DNA of 63,911 nt, the filler included, from Octopus bimaculoides (taxonomy: Eukaryota), in assembly GCF_001194135.2 (NCBI RefSeq). It is 7 parts of 7 records of this genome, joined end to end, with 100 filler letters (N's around TTAATTAATTAA, not from the genome) between each part and the next. Parts side by side here need not be neighbours in the genome. Positions count along the whole stretch, not along the records: positions 1 to 16,022 come from NC_068993.1; 6 more parts are not named here. One strand, given 5' to 3'. The notes below the pieces were generated by a model, which was not told where the DNA came from, did no database searches, and worked only from the letters and a program-made list of their open reading frames with translations. The position numbers were made by a program, and so were the translations under genes. Shown piece by piece: positions 1-11,180 of this stretch (within the stretch, counting starts at the first letter, position 1; each line of letters begins with the position of its first letter).

Positions 1-117
1 AGTTCTCCACCAATAATGGTGCTTTCATACCGATGGGCTTGGTAAAAATTATTAATTATTAATTGATTTATTAATTAATAAATTGATAATCCTTTACCCT
101 TTTAATTTGTAATAATT

Positions 118-118
<1 letters not shown>

Positions 119-160
<42 letters not shown>
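119..160. repeat. (GATA)n microsatellite
   Basis: Pure tetranucleotide run. Confidence 0.95.
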
Positions 161-229
161 TATTTATTTATACATGCAAAAATATACGTAATTAATTTGT
201 TTAAAAATCAATAGGAAGGGTACTCCATC

Positions 230-753
230 TAATGAGAGTCAAATATTACTATAAATGCTTCATACAACATGCATTATAATCGCTACTAATAGTTTCACGT
301 ACATAAGCACGTTCACCAGGCGCTGATTGAACTATGCATCCAGGTGGTTTACGTTTAAATAGCGGACAGCTGCAAAGCTATAGGAAAGAAAAACATACCT
401 AATGGAAGATTTACCAAAATTAGTGAATGAATAATGAAAAACCAAAAAGAAAATAAAAGAAAAAAGTTAAATAAATAAATAATGACAAAAATTATGTATA
501 GAAATATTAAAAGGTAAATTAAAAATATATTAAAATATAATTTTTAAAAACTATTAATGCGTGAATGAACACGAAAAGTACGATGAAAATACAAAATATA
601 AATATATAAGATATGAAAGACAAACTAAAATTATATCATTATGTTATATATAAAACGACCAAAGAATTCAAAGACCATACAAACTCATCCATATACAAAG
701 CTACACACACAGTACATACACATTATAAATTATATTAAGTATACATTATAAAT
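230..753 (-). mobile_element. Penelope-like element pseudo-LTR / 3' UTR, left inverted copy
   Basis: Reverse complement aligns by eye along its length to 2622-3110; carries a hammerhead motif; adjoins GIY-YIG remnants. Confidence 0.7.
281..323 (-). ncRNA. Minimal type I hammerhead ribozyme motif, core mutated (CUGGUGA)
   Basis: Minus strand reads gcg c CTGGTGA acgtgc ttat gtacgt GAAA ctattag TA gcg: stem II, near-palindromic stem III, GUA site, 3-bp stem I. Confidence 0.65.
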
Positions 754-759
754 TTGCAT

Positions 760-1020
760 TTATTTTTTCTTTTATTCTTTTATTTGTTTCAGTCGTTTGA
801 CTCCGACAATGCTGGAGCACCGCCTTTTAGTCAAACAAATCGACCTCAGGACTCAGTCTACGTAAGCCTAGTACTTATTCTATCGGTCCATTTCATCGAA
901 CCGTTAAGTTACGGAGACGTAAACACACCAATATCGATTGTCAAGCGATGGTAGGGGGACAAACATAGGCACACACACAGACACACACACACACACACAT
1001 AGATAGATAGATAGATAGAC

Positions 1021-1069
<49 letters not shown>

Positions 1070-1208
1070 TACAACAGGCTTCTTTCAGTTTCCGTCTGCC
1101 TAATCCACTCACAAGGTTTTGGTGGGCCTGAGGCCATAGTAGAAGACATTTGCCCAAGGTTCCTCGTAGTGGGATTGAACTCGGAACCACACAGCCATTC
1201 CTGCTCCT
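760..1208 (-). mobile_element. tRNA-derived SINE, family A, with internal (GATA)n/(CA)n
   Basis: Matches the copy at 9416-9820: head ggcgcaggagtggctgtgtgg, body ccttgggcaagtgtcttctactatagcc, tail gactgaaacaa-aaaagaataaaa. Confidence 0.9.
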
Positions 1209-1226
1209 ATATGCGCCTATACATAT

Positions 1227-1572
1227 ATTGGATCCATTCATGTATGGCTTCGACTTTTCTATTATTTTCCATCAAAAAATATAAGGAATATTGTTCGTTT
1301 TCAGTGTCCAAATGAGGCTCGCCAACTTAGTACATTTACTCTTTTCCCTATGCTGGAAGGATGCCATATGATTGGTATACCGTTTTTTAAAATTTCCTTC
1401 GCATAGTCCAATGTAGGTTTTTAGTTCAATCGGTGTTATTAATGTTTGCCGAGACTTTTGCCCCGTATACGATGGACTGTTGGTCTAGCAGACAGGATTC
1501 TGCATTACAACACTTACGGCCTGGGTTTGCTCTTGCTGGCTCCTCCCGTTGATAGTATACTTCATGTTAGGG
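1227..1572 (-). pseudogene. Penelope-like (Neptune-type) Cys-linker and GIY-YIG endonuclease remnant
   Basis: With frameshifts: PNMKYTING / KCCNAESCLLDQQSIVYGAKVS / KTYIGLCEGNFKKRYTNHMASFQHREKSKCTKLASLIWTLKTNNIPYIF*WKIIEKSKPYMNGSN, the V/IY..YIG..RY.NH pattern of PLE endonucleases. Confidence 0.8.
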
Positions 1573-1634
1573 CTGGGCATGGTGAACTCCATGATAAAGT
1601 ACAACACTATAAAAAGTAGTTTAAAAACAGATCC

Positions 1635-1796
1635 AGAAAAATTATTTGGTTCGGCCCTCCTTTTTCTTTAAGCATTAAACCGAATAACGGTAAAAAACAA
1701 TTCCTGACACTCCTTGATAAGCACTTTCTTGCAGGACATAAATACAAGAGGAAATTATCGTACAGCTGCTGCCCTGATATAAAAAATATTATCATA
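1635..1796 (+). pseudogene. Penelope-like ORF fragment (RT-to-endonuclease linker), opposite orientation to 1227-1572
   Basis: RKIIWFGPPFSLSIKPNNGKKQFLTLLDKHFLAGHKYKRKLSYSCCPDIKNII matches the IIWFNPPF...FL.L.DKHF...SYSC.PN motif of Neptune-type PLEs. Confidence 0.8.
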
Positions 1797-2360
1797 TAGG
1801 CGCAGGAGTGGGTGTATGGNNNNNNNNNNNNNNNNNNNNNNNNNNNNNNNNNNNNNNNNNNNNNNNNNNNNNNNNNNNNNNNNNNNNNNNNNNNNNNNNN
1901 NNNNNNNNNNNNNNNNNNNNNNNNNNNNNNNNNNNNNNNNNNNNNNNNNNNNNNNNNNNNNNNNNNNNNNNNNNNNNNNNNNNNNNNNNNNNNNNNNNNN
2001 NNNNNNNNNNNNNNNNNNNNNNNNNNNNNNNNNNNNNNNNNNNNNNNNNNNNNNNNNNNNNNNNNNNNNNNNNNNNNNNNNNNNNNNNNNNNNNNNNNNN
2101 NNNNNNNNNNNNNNNNNNNNNNNNNNNNNNNNNNNNNNNNNNNNNNNNNNNNNNNNNNNNNNNNNNNNNNNNNNNNNNNNNNNNNNNNNNNNNNNNNNNN
2201 NNNNNNNNNNNNNNNNNNNNNNNNNNNNNNNNNNNNNNNNNNNNNNNNNNNNNNNNNNNNNNNNNNNNNNNNNNNNNNNNNNNNNNNNNNNNNNNNNNNN
2301 NNNNNNNNNNNNNNNNNNNNNNNNNNNNNNNNNNNNNNNNNNNNNNNNNNNNNNNNNNNN

Positions 2361-2406
<46 letters not shown>

Positions 2407-2613
2407 ATGTGTTTATCCCTCTACCATTGCTTGACAACCGGTGTTGGTATGTTTACGTCCCCGTAACTTAGCGGTTCGGCAAAAAGGAGCGATAGAATAA
2501 GTACTAGGCTTACAAACACTAAGTCCTGAGGTCGATTTGTTCGACTAAAAGGCGGTGCTCCAGCATGGTCGCTGTCAAATGACTGAAATAAATAAAAGAA
2601 TAAAAGAAAAAAA
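1797..2613 (+). mobile_element. SINE family A (head and tail separated by an N gap)
   Basis: Head ataggcgcaggagtgg at about 1797; tail 2410-2613 matches the family A tail. Confidence 0.8.
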
Positions 2614-2621
2614 TATATACA

Positions 2622-3110
2622 TATTTATAATGTATATTTAATATAATTTGTATAGCGTATGTACTGTGTGTGGCTTTGTATATGGTCTTTGAACTCTTCG
2701 GTCTTTGCATATACAATATAATTTTAGTTTGTTTTTCATATTTTATATATTCATATTTATATTTTGTATTTTCTTCGTACTTTTCATGTTCATTCACGCA
2801 TTTATAGTTTTTTAAAATTATATTTTAATATATTTTAATACATTTTAATATTTCTATATAGAATTTTTAGTTAATATTTATTTATTTATTTTTCCACTTT
2901 TTCTTTTTGTTTTTCTATTATTCATTTACTTATCTTGGTGGAATCTTCCATTAGGTATGTTGTGCTTTCGTATCGCTTCACACCTGTCCTCTATTTAAAC
3001 GTAAATCACTTGGTTGCATATTTCAGTCAGCGCCTGATGAACGTACTTATGTACGTGAAACTATTAGTTGAGCATAAAAATCATGTGGTATAATTCATTT
3101 ATATTAATAT
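2622..3110 (+). mobile_element. Penelope-like pseudo-LTR / 3' UTR, right copy
   Basis: Inverted homolog of 230-753; contains a hammerhead motif. Confidence 0.7.
3030..3073 (+). ncRNA. Minimal type I hammerhead ribozyme motif
   Basis: gcgc CTGATGA acgtac-ttat-gtacgt GAAA ctattag TT gagc: intact core, 6-bp stem II, near-palindromic stem III, one mismatch in stem I. Confidence 0.7.
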
Positions 3111-3214
3111 ATATAAATATATATTAGAGGGAAAATTCAATAAAAGCCAAAGCAGGACGAGTATTTCAAGTCATTTAGAATATATAATTAGAGTAACGTA
3201 TTAATTAATTGATT

Positions 3215-3420
3215 ATTGGATGCCTTACAGCTGTATATAGGATATCCCAAGTGATAGGTTAGCATTTCCATACTCCGGATATACCGTCATCAGAGACAAG
3301 GTGAGTATGCATGAAAGTTCTAGAAGAGAATTCACAGTATATAAAGGAATAAAGTAGATAGAAGAATAAGGAGTAAAACAGTAGATAGAAGAATAGATTC
3401 TTCCATAGGTCCAAATGCTA
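3215..3420 (-). mobile_element. Second PLE-like terminal repeat with decayed hammerhead, left inverted copy
   Basis: Inverted homolog of 4205-4407; tgtct CTGATGA ... ac agct gta aggca, with GAAA lost. Confidence 0.6.
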
Positions 3421-4204
3421 GCAAAATGAACACACATAACATTTTCTTTTATACATTCACGCTCGGTACAATATACGTACGTTTTTTCTTTTCTTTCATC
3501 TATCAGCTTAAGTATCTTAGAAGCTAGTTTTCTGCAATAATCTTTTTTAATTTTTTTTAAATTTTGAATCTATAATCTTTTCAATTGTTAATTTCTAATT
3601 CTCTAATTTTTTATCTGTTATCCATTTAATTGTATTTTTAATCCTATATATACTCCCTTATGTTAGGTGTCTATTTTTAGCTATGTTTAACTATCATTAC
3701 TGTCCACAGAACTAAATAGTATTTCTGACCACACCGAACCTAGGATTTCTCTATTTAATTAATAGCCATAAATACCGTCCTCCTCCACTTTACGGAAACC
3801 TTATCGCCTGACCTCTCATCCCGAACTGACCCAAACGAAAAATACTGGCATCATATCTTTATCTTTTTTTTTGATTTTCGATTTTTGATTGTATTTTACT
3901 TTCGCTTTCATTCATTCTTTCCGCACCTATCCTATTCCTATCTTTTCTCTCTTTCTCCTTTCTCGTCTATTCACTCACTCACAACCAATATCTGTCTATC
4001 ATGATGTCTATCTTGCTCACTCTATATACCCACGTGGACTATTTTCAAACTAGTTAACCACTTAATCTTTTCCTTCAACATGAACCAACATTCAAAATAC
4101 TACCAAAATAGTGCCTGGATTTACTTGGATTATACTTAAGGACTTATACCTTCGCCGAAGTACCGACCGACAGCCATACCCTCTTGAAGAAATTGAGCTG
4201 TTAA

Positions 4205-4407
4205 CTTTATTCTCCTGTCTATATTCTTCTGTCTAGAGTTTTACTCTTTATACATTCTATCAACTTTATTCGTTTATAAACTGTGAATTCCCTGTCTAGA
4301 ACTTTCATACATACCTTGTCTCTAATAACGGAATACTCAGTGTATGGAATATTACTTGGGATATTCCAGAAACAACTGTAAGACATCCGATAATTTCGGC
4401 TGGTTAT
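4205..4407 (+). mobile_element. Second PLE-like terminal repeat with decayed hammerhead, right copy
   Basis: tgtct CTAATAA ... tggaatat/atattcca GAAA c aact g TA agaca at 4317-4385; 5-bp stem I tgtct/agaca. Confidence 0.6.
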
Positions 4408-4857
4408 NNNNNNNNNNNNNNNNNNNNNNNNNNNNNNNNNNNNNNNNNNNNNNNNNNNNNNNNNNNNNNNNNNNNNNNNNNNNNNNNNNNNNNNNNNNNN
4501 NNNNNNNNNNNNNNNNNNNNNNNNNNNNNNNNNNNNNNNNNNNNNNNNNNNNNNNNNNNNNNNNNNNNNNNNNNNNNNNNNNNNNNNNNNNNNNNNNNNN
4601 NNNNNNNNNNNNNNNNNNNNNNNNNNNNNNNNNNNNNNNNNNNNNNNNNNNNNNNNNNNNNNNNNNNNNNNNNNNNNNNNNNNNNNNNNNNNNNNNNNNN
4701 NNNNNNNNNNNNNNNNNNNNNNNNNNNNNNNNNNNNNNNNNNNNNNNNNNNNNNNNNNNNNNNNNNNNNNNNNNNNNNNNNNNNNNNNNNNNNNNNNNNN
4801 NNNNNNNNNNNNNNNNNNNNNNNNNNNNNNNNNNNNNNNNNNNNNNNNTATATATAC

Positions 4858-4888
<31 letters not shown>

Positions 4889-5334
4889 GTTCCCAGTGTA
4901 TCTAAAACTTTATCATCCAATAATTTTCTTCTTTTTAAAGAGACATACAGTAATATGTATTTAATGAAGATTTGAGTAATTCGATTGCTTAATAAGGTCA
5001 TCTTTACTCAAGTGCACAGACCATTGTCTTAGAGACAATGGCATTCCTATGTAGATAAGTTGTTATAATAAAGTTCAACTAAGTGTGGTTTCATCTAACT
5101 AAATCTGAGTCAGCCAGTGTACAAAAACGAGCAAGTAAAAGAGCAGCTACCACAATAACAATAATATGAAATGATTGAGCGAATTACCGGATTTTAAATT
5201 CCAATTTACATACTTGTTGAAGAGGTTATGCTTTGATCTCAGTGAAAAGGGAATCTGAAAGGCGGACTGTACATAATTGAAAATAATGGCAGCTTCTTTT
5301 ATGACCGATAGTTAATGACATACTTTTTAGAGGA

Positions 5335-5810
5335 ACTTGTATGCGTGTGTAAATATACATAATATACATGTATATATGTGTGTGTGTATATATATATATA
5401 TGCGTGTGTGTGTGTATATATATATATATATGCGTGTGTGTGTGTGTATATATATATATGTGTGTGTGTGTGTGTCAGTGTGTATGTGCATATGTGTATG
5501 TGTATATGTGTGTGTATGTATGTATATATATGCGCATATCTAAAAATATACTTGTGTGTATATACACGTGTGTACTCGCGCATGAGCTCGAGTATATTTA
5601 TGTATGCGTATGTGAGACTATCTGTATCTTTCTCTCTGTATTGCTCTCCCTCTCTTTAGATATTTCTACATATACTTGCATACATACGTATATATATGTA
5701 TGTATATACCTGTGTATATAAGACCGTGTTTGTGTGGGTGATTGTGTGTGTGTGTGTGTGGGTGTGTGTGTGTGTGTGTGTGTGCGTGTGTGTGTGTGTG
5801 TTTGTGCGCG
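5335..5810. repeat. Compound (TG)n/(TA)n microsatellite region
   Basis: Direct reading. Confidence 0.9.
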
Positions 5811-6497
5811 CTTATGTCCCTCATGGATTCGAAGACTGAGTTACCAATTTTGACGTATTCGGTATCAAAAGATTCAGTAACCTTTGGGCTACCAGATAAA
5901 GTATATTTTTGGCACAACAACTAAAATAATCTCAAAAACGTGGTCGTGTGGCACAATTTTAACATTATTTTCGGACAATATTTCAATTGGCTTCTAATGT
6001 TTTGACTTTCGTCCGATGTTTCACGCATGCGTAGAATTCCAATAAAATAACACGTAATAAATACCAAACTCCCACCACAGTAGAGGTCATGCTACAAACC
6101 ACGCCTACGTGACATTATTTCGGAAGAAACTTCCACGCTTTCAAAAAAGCTACAACATCCTTTTGCTTTTTCTGATTTTCTATCAACACTAGAATTAATT
6201 TCTCTTCCAAAGATAGACTGGGATTATCTCTTTCTTTCACTTTTTCATTAGAATATTTCGAGACGCTATGTTGTCTCAAAAATGATAAAACTTTACTAAC
6301 TTGACCGATCTGTGACTAAACCTGGATTTTTTTTTTCATTTTATACACACATTGTTATCAATTATATAGATAATTGAAAACAAGGTGTGTAAATATAGCT
6401 TATTTTAAGACAATATTTATGTGTACGTACTTTGAAAGTATTGTTCGAGTTTTTCTTCTTTTGGAATTATGAAAAAATATGTAAAAATAACTCTTTT

Positions 6498-6535
<38 letters not shown>

Positions 6536-6959
6536 TCGCACATGCACATGAACACGTACAAACACACACACAAACACTCTAGGTAAAACTTCAGTACGAA
6601 GTATATTATTTCTTGCTGTGTTCACGCGCAAAATTACAGCTCAGCTTCAATTGAAATGACTTTTTGGCTAAGTTCTGATCATAACTTTTTTATGCTTTCA
6701 AAATGGTACACACTCCTAATGTTTCACTTTTCACTTTTAGCTTTTTGGAAAAGGGGGAAGTTTCTTCAGAAATGATGTCGTTTACCTGATGTTTCAAGCA
6801 TGTCGGGTTTTCTGGTGGTGGGATGATATTTTTTACATCTGCTATTTCAGTACAATTCTATGAATGCGTGAAATATCAGACGACAGTGCACATTGAGAGT
6901 GTGTAGCCGATTTTTGCTCGTAAGAAAGGAACAAATAATACAATGTGGTTGTAGGTTAT

Positions 6960-6992
6960 AACACCCGGGCAACGCCAGGATACATTGCTTGT
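6960..6992 (+). mobile_element. Helitron-type 3' terminus
   Basis: GC-rich hairpin cccgggcaacgccagg followed about 10 nt later by CTTG-T (degenerate CTAG-T). Confidence 0.5.
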
Positions 6993-7004
6993 GTATGTGT
7001 GTGT

Positions 7005-7040
<36 letters not shown>

Positions 7041-8519
7041 ATGCGATATATATATATGTATGTATATATATGTATACACATACACACACGTACACATATA
7101 TATATATAGTAATGTTTATATGCCTACAGAATGCGGCAGTTCTATAATGGACGATGTTATTGCTGTTTTAGCCCCAGGAGAGCATCTTTTCCAGCTCGCT
7201 AACGGCACACAGTTTGTATCCCTATAGCATTAGCAATGGAGACCATCGCACCCATCTCTAGCCTTACGTGATACTCACATACCTAGGTTTCTGGATGTTA
7301 TTCGTCCTCAGTATGAGATAACCACAAGCTAGTGACGAGATGTCTCTTCAATTGAAAATACTATATATTGTTAAGCGACGCATCACTGCCCTCGTATAGA
7401 GAAAATCAACTTGTTTTAAACTTGTTTTATAGGACTTCCAAATTCTCTTGGCATATGAACATTACTACCTGGTACTGTTACTGTATATCTCTCGCTCAGA
7501 GATTTAAAACAAGTTGTTATATATAAATGTGTGTGTGTGTGTGTGTGTCTGTGTCTGTGTGTAATATATAAAATAAAATGTGTGTATTCGCTTTTCATGC
7601 AATAACGGCTTCATCAATTGCTTCTATAGTTGTGAAGCATGAATAATTTTACATCGAACACATGTTAGGCTCTTCATTTGATTTTTTAAATTAAAAATAA
7701 ATGATATTGCTTTCTATATATGATTCATCTCTTTAAAAAGTTTTCTTAATATCACCTTCCGGTAAGGACGCAGCAACGGCGAAATTTTCCTTCATTTCAA
7801 GTTTTAAATCGCTATTTACAAACAACTACGATAAATTATTGAAAGCAATATTTCAAGATTCGTACAAGATAGTTTTTAACGAGCTTTTATTTATACGATC
7901 TTTTCATTTCATGTGTATTTTATTCATTATTTGCAATGATCTCTCTCCCCCTCTTTCTTACACACACACGCACAAATCAGTCACACACGCACATGTATGC
8001 TTTTGTATGTACGTGTGTATACATTTCTGTATGTGTGTGTTTGTGTATGTGAGAGCAAGAGAGAGAGAGACAGAGAGAGACAGACAGACAGACAGACAGG
8101 CAAAGTGATGTCTAAGTGGCACTCACTCACACACACGCACAAATACATACAAAAAAGATGTATGCATATTTATTTACGTATGTACGTATACATGACAACA
8201 CATCTCTTCTCTCTCTCTCTGTCTCTGTCTCTCTCTCTCTCTCTTTCACATGTCCAATTCATCTGATGTTTAATACTGTAGGTATGTGTGTGTGTGTCTG
8301 TGTGTGTCAGTGTCTGAGTCTGTGTGTATGCGCGTTCGTGGTGCGTTCCACAATCGCCATTTATTTCTATGACTCTTGTGAAGATAATCATGTAACTCAT
8401 TTTTTCATTTAATCCCAATTTTAATTTTCGAAAGAGTTTTCTAGAACAATGTTCTCACTCTCTACAAGAGGAGTCGGGGTAAATGTAGATGAGCAGTAGA
8501 GGAATGCATGTAGCTAGAG

Positions 8520-9330
8520 TCAATGTTGAATTCTGCAACTCTGTTAACTTTATTACGTATGTTTGCAATTATATAAACAAAGGTTTAGATGCTCCAACAT
8601 AAACTCTTATGCAGAGTGACTATCAGCAGATAAATAAAAACGACGGGGATGCGCGGTATGACAGAGGAAGATATATCAGTACCAATAAGGCTTCTTGGTG
8701 CATCTTCAATTTTTCCTCGTGTGAGGCACCCAGCCATCACTCATCTGAGGGTCTATCTAGGGAATGGCCATAGGGTTATCTTTACAAAACAAACAGCCTT
8801 GCAACAAGCACTTTCTCCAAAAGAAACTACCCTTAATACCTTTTTAAAGTTGTGTCAAGTAGAAGATTCAAGAAAACTACCCACAATTACCCAAGTATTA
8901 CACCAGGAGAAACAATAAATGACACAAGAGGGCTGACACTCTTGCAAGAGTTTACAGAATGCTACTATTTAGCACTTCTTTTGCAGGAAGAATGTGATCC
9001 CAAATCATTCCAAGATTCGAGTAGGATAAATGGTCATGTGTGTGTAACTTATAGGGGAGCATGCTGTCAACAAGGTTTTTTGCAATTATATTGAATATGT
9101 GTCAATTTCACAGTCCCCTACAGCCTTGGATGGAACATTGTGATAACATTGCTGAACCCAGGTATCAATATTCAGTTCTCTGAAACAATTTTTAACCACG
9201 CACAGATTGAAATTGAAGATCAAGCTTTGGTCATCGGGGCAAAAATTTGCAAGTGTCTGGTTCTGGACAGACAAAAACAAACCGTTAAATTAGTGATTTA
9301 ACTTCTAGAGACATGACAAGAGAGTCAAAT
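8520..9330 (+). pseudogene. Helitron RepHel fragment, frameshifted
   Basis: NVEFCNSVNFITYVCNYINKG; GRYISTNKASWCIFNFP; RHPAITHLRVYLGNGHRVIFT; ECYYLALLL..PKSFQD..INGHVCVTYRGAC; IFNHAQIEIEDQ - successive conserved RepHel motifs between the Rep and helicase domains. Confidence 0.85.
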
Positions 9331-9415
9331 TATGACAACACAGAGTTAATTAACATGAAGCTAAACTTCCAGAACGACGCTCTGCATATGATAGAATTTT
9401 TCATGTTTTATCATT

Positions 9416-9820
9416 AGGAGTGGCTGTGTGGTAAGTAGCTTGCTTACCAACCACATGGTTCCAGGTTCAGTCCCACTGCGTGGCACTTTGGGAGAGTGTC
9501 TTCTACTCTAGCCTCGGGCCCACCAAAGCCTTGTGAGTGGATTTGGTAGACGGAAACTGAAAAGAAGCCCGTCGTATATATACAATATGTATATATATGT
9601 GTGTGTGTGTGTTTATGTCTGTGTTTGTCCCCACCCCAACATCACTTGACAAGCGATGCTGGTGTGTTTACGTCCCCGTAACTTAGCGGTTCGGCAAAAG
9701 AGAACGATAGAATAAGTACTAGGCTTACAAAGAATAAGTCCTGGAGTAGATTTGCTCGACTAAAAGCCGGTGCTCCAGCATGGCCACAGTCAAATGCCTG
9801 AAACAAGTAAAAAAAAATAG
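9416..9820 (+). mobile_element. SINE family A, near full length
   Basis: Pol III A-box-like tggctgtgtgg and B-box-like ggttcagtccc, conserved body, internal (TA)/(TG) tract, A-rich tail. Confidence 0.92.
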
Positions 9821-9899
9821 AATGCACCTTTTTGCTGCTTTCGTGTCCGTACACAATCCACAACATTGAGTCCTCTAGTAGAGGTCTTATATCAGATTA

Positions 9900-10300
9900 C
9901 CCGTTGCATCAGGTAGGTACACACGGTTAACATCAGCCTTACGGTGGTGAATGTAATCAGATGTTAATAATTTTCTTGTCTTCCTGATCCTGCGTTAAAG
10001 TGCTGTAGGATTCCAATTCATAGTATTAAAACTGTACTGGACGACTGGAATTTCCAGGGTATTAATGGATTCGATGCGATTTTCAAATTTAAGTTCAGTC
10101 TTCAATACTAGTCATTTTGCTATAGTATTCCTTTCTTATTTTTTCTTCAATAGTCATCTTCATTTATTCTCAGGTATTTATAATTTTCTTGTGGGTCAAG
10201 TTCTTTGATGGTAATGTCGATATCTAATTTAATGGACGTTATTTGTCTGAGCTTGCCTCTTACAAAAATTGCTGAAGCACACTTATCAAGTATAAAAATA
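9900..10300 (-). pseudogene. R4/Dong-like non-LTR retrotransposon RT C-terminal fragment
   Basis: FILDKCASAIFVRGKL..IKELDPQENYKYLRINEDD then LVLKTELKFENRIESINTLEIPVVQYSFN, typical of REL-endonuclease LINE RTs. Confidence 0.75.
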
Positions 10301-10815
10301 TGGGCTACAGCAAATATTCTGCTTAATACCACAGATTTGCTTGTCACTTGTTTGACCTTAAGCAGTTGAGCATGTCCATTGGTGGCTGATGATATGTGCA
10401 TCTCTGATCATGAGCAGAAGTAGTGGGGGAGCATCATAGCCATGTGTTGAGAGGAATTCTTTGGGGTTTGAATAATTCACCTTTTGAGCGGGACTTTTTG
10501 AGCGGGATGGGCTACTCGACCTGAAGAAAATTCTAACTGGGCACCGCCTGCGAGGTCATGCGCTGTTTATCTTGATATAAGATCACCATGTCGCGCACAT
10601 ATGGTTGTGATGCATGTGCCTGGTGTACCCTTATCAGACGGGTAGTCATGATGGGTATAATGGGCTTTGTATATTTTACCCCAGTGTCAATTTGATCGCA
10701 TGCACTGCTCTCTTACTCAATAATACTAATAATATTGATAATGATAATAATAATGATGATGATGATAATAATGATGATGATGATGAAATAATAATAATAA
10801 TAATAATAATATCTT
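10295..10815 (+). mobile_element. (AAT)n-terminated retroposon, copy 1
   Basis: Homologous to 10812-11180 and to the reverse complement of 59220-59840; ends ctcttactcaataatactaataat plus an (AAT/GAT)n run. Confidence 0.85.
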
Positions 10816-11180
10816 GATGCAATACCGTGCACTGGCTCTCAGGGCTTCATAGTTATGTGATGAGAGTAATTCTTTGGAGTGTGAATAATTCACCTCTGGA
10901 AACGTGGGCGTTCCGTTCAACATCCTTAAACAACTCTTACTCAGGGACCTTCAGAGCGGGATGGGATACTCGACCCGAAGAAAGTTCTAACTGGGCCCTC
11001 ACCTGCAAGTTCATCTTCATATAAGGTTATCATGTGCGAACAAATGGTTGTGATGCATGTGCATGGTGTATCCTTATCAGACGGGTAGTCATGATACGTA
11101 TATTGGGCTTTGCATATTTGTACCCTAGTGTCATTTTAATGGCATGTGCTACTCTCCCACTCAATAATAATGATAATAAG
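10812..11180 (+). mobile_element. (AAT)n-terminated retroposon, copy 2 (internally deleted, tandem to copy 1)
   Basis: Begins cttgatgcaataccgtgc right after (AAT)n; ends ctctcccactcaataataat. Confidence 0.8.
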
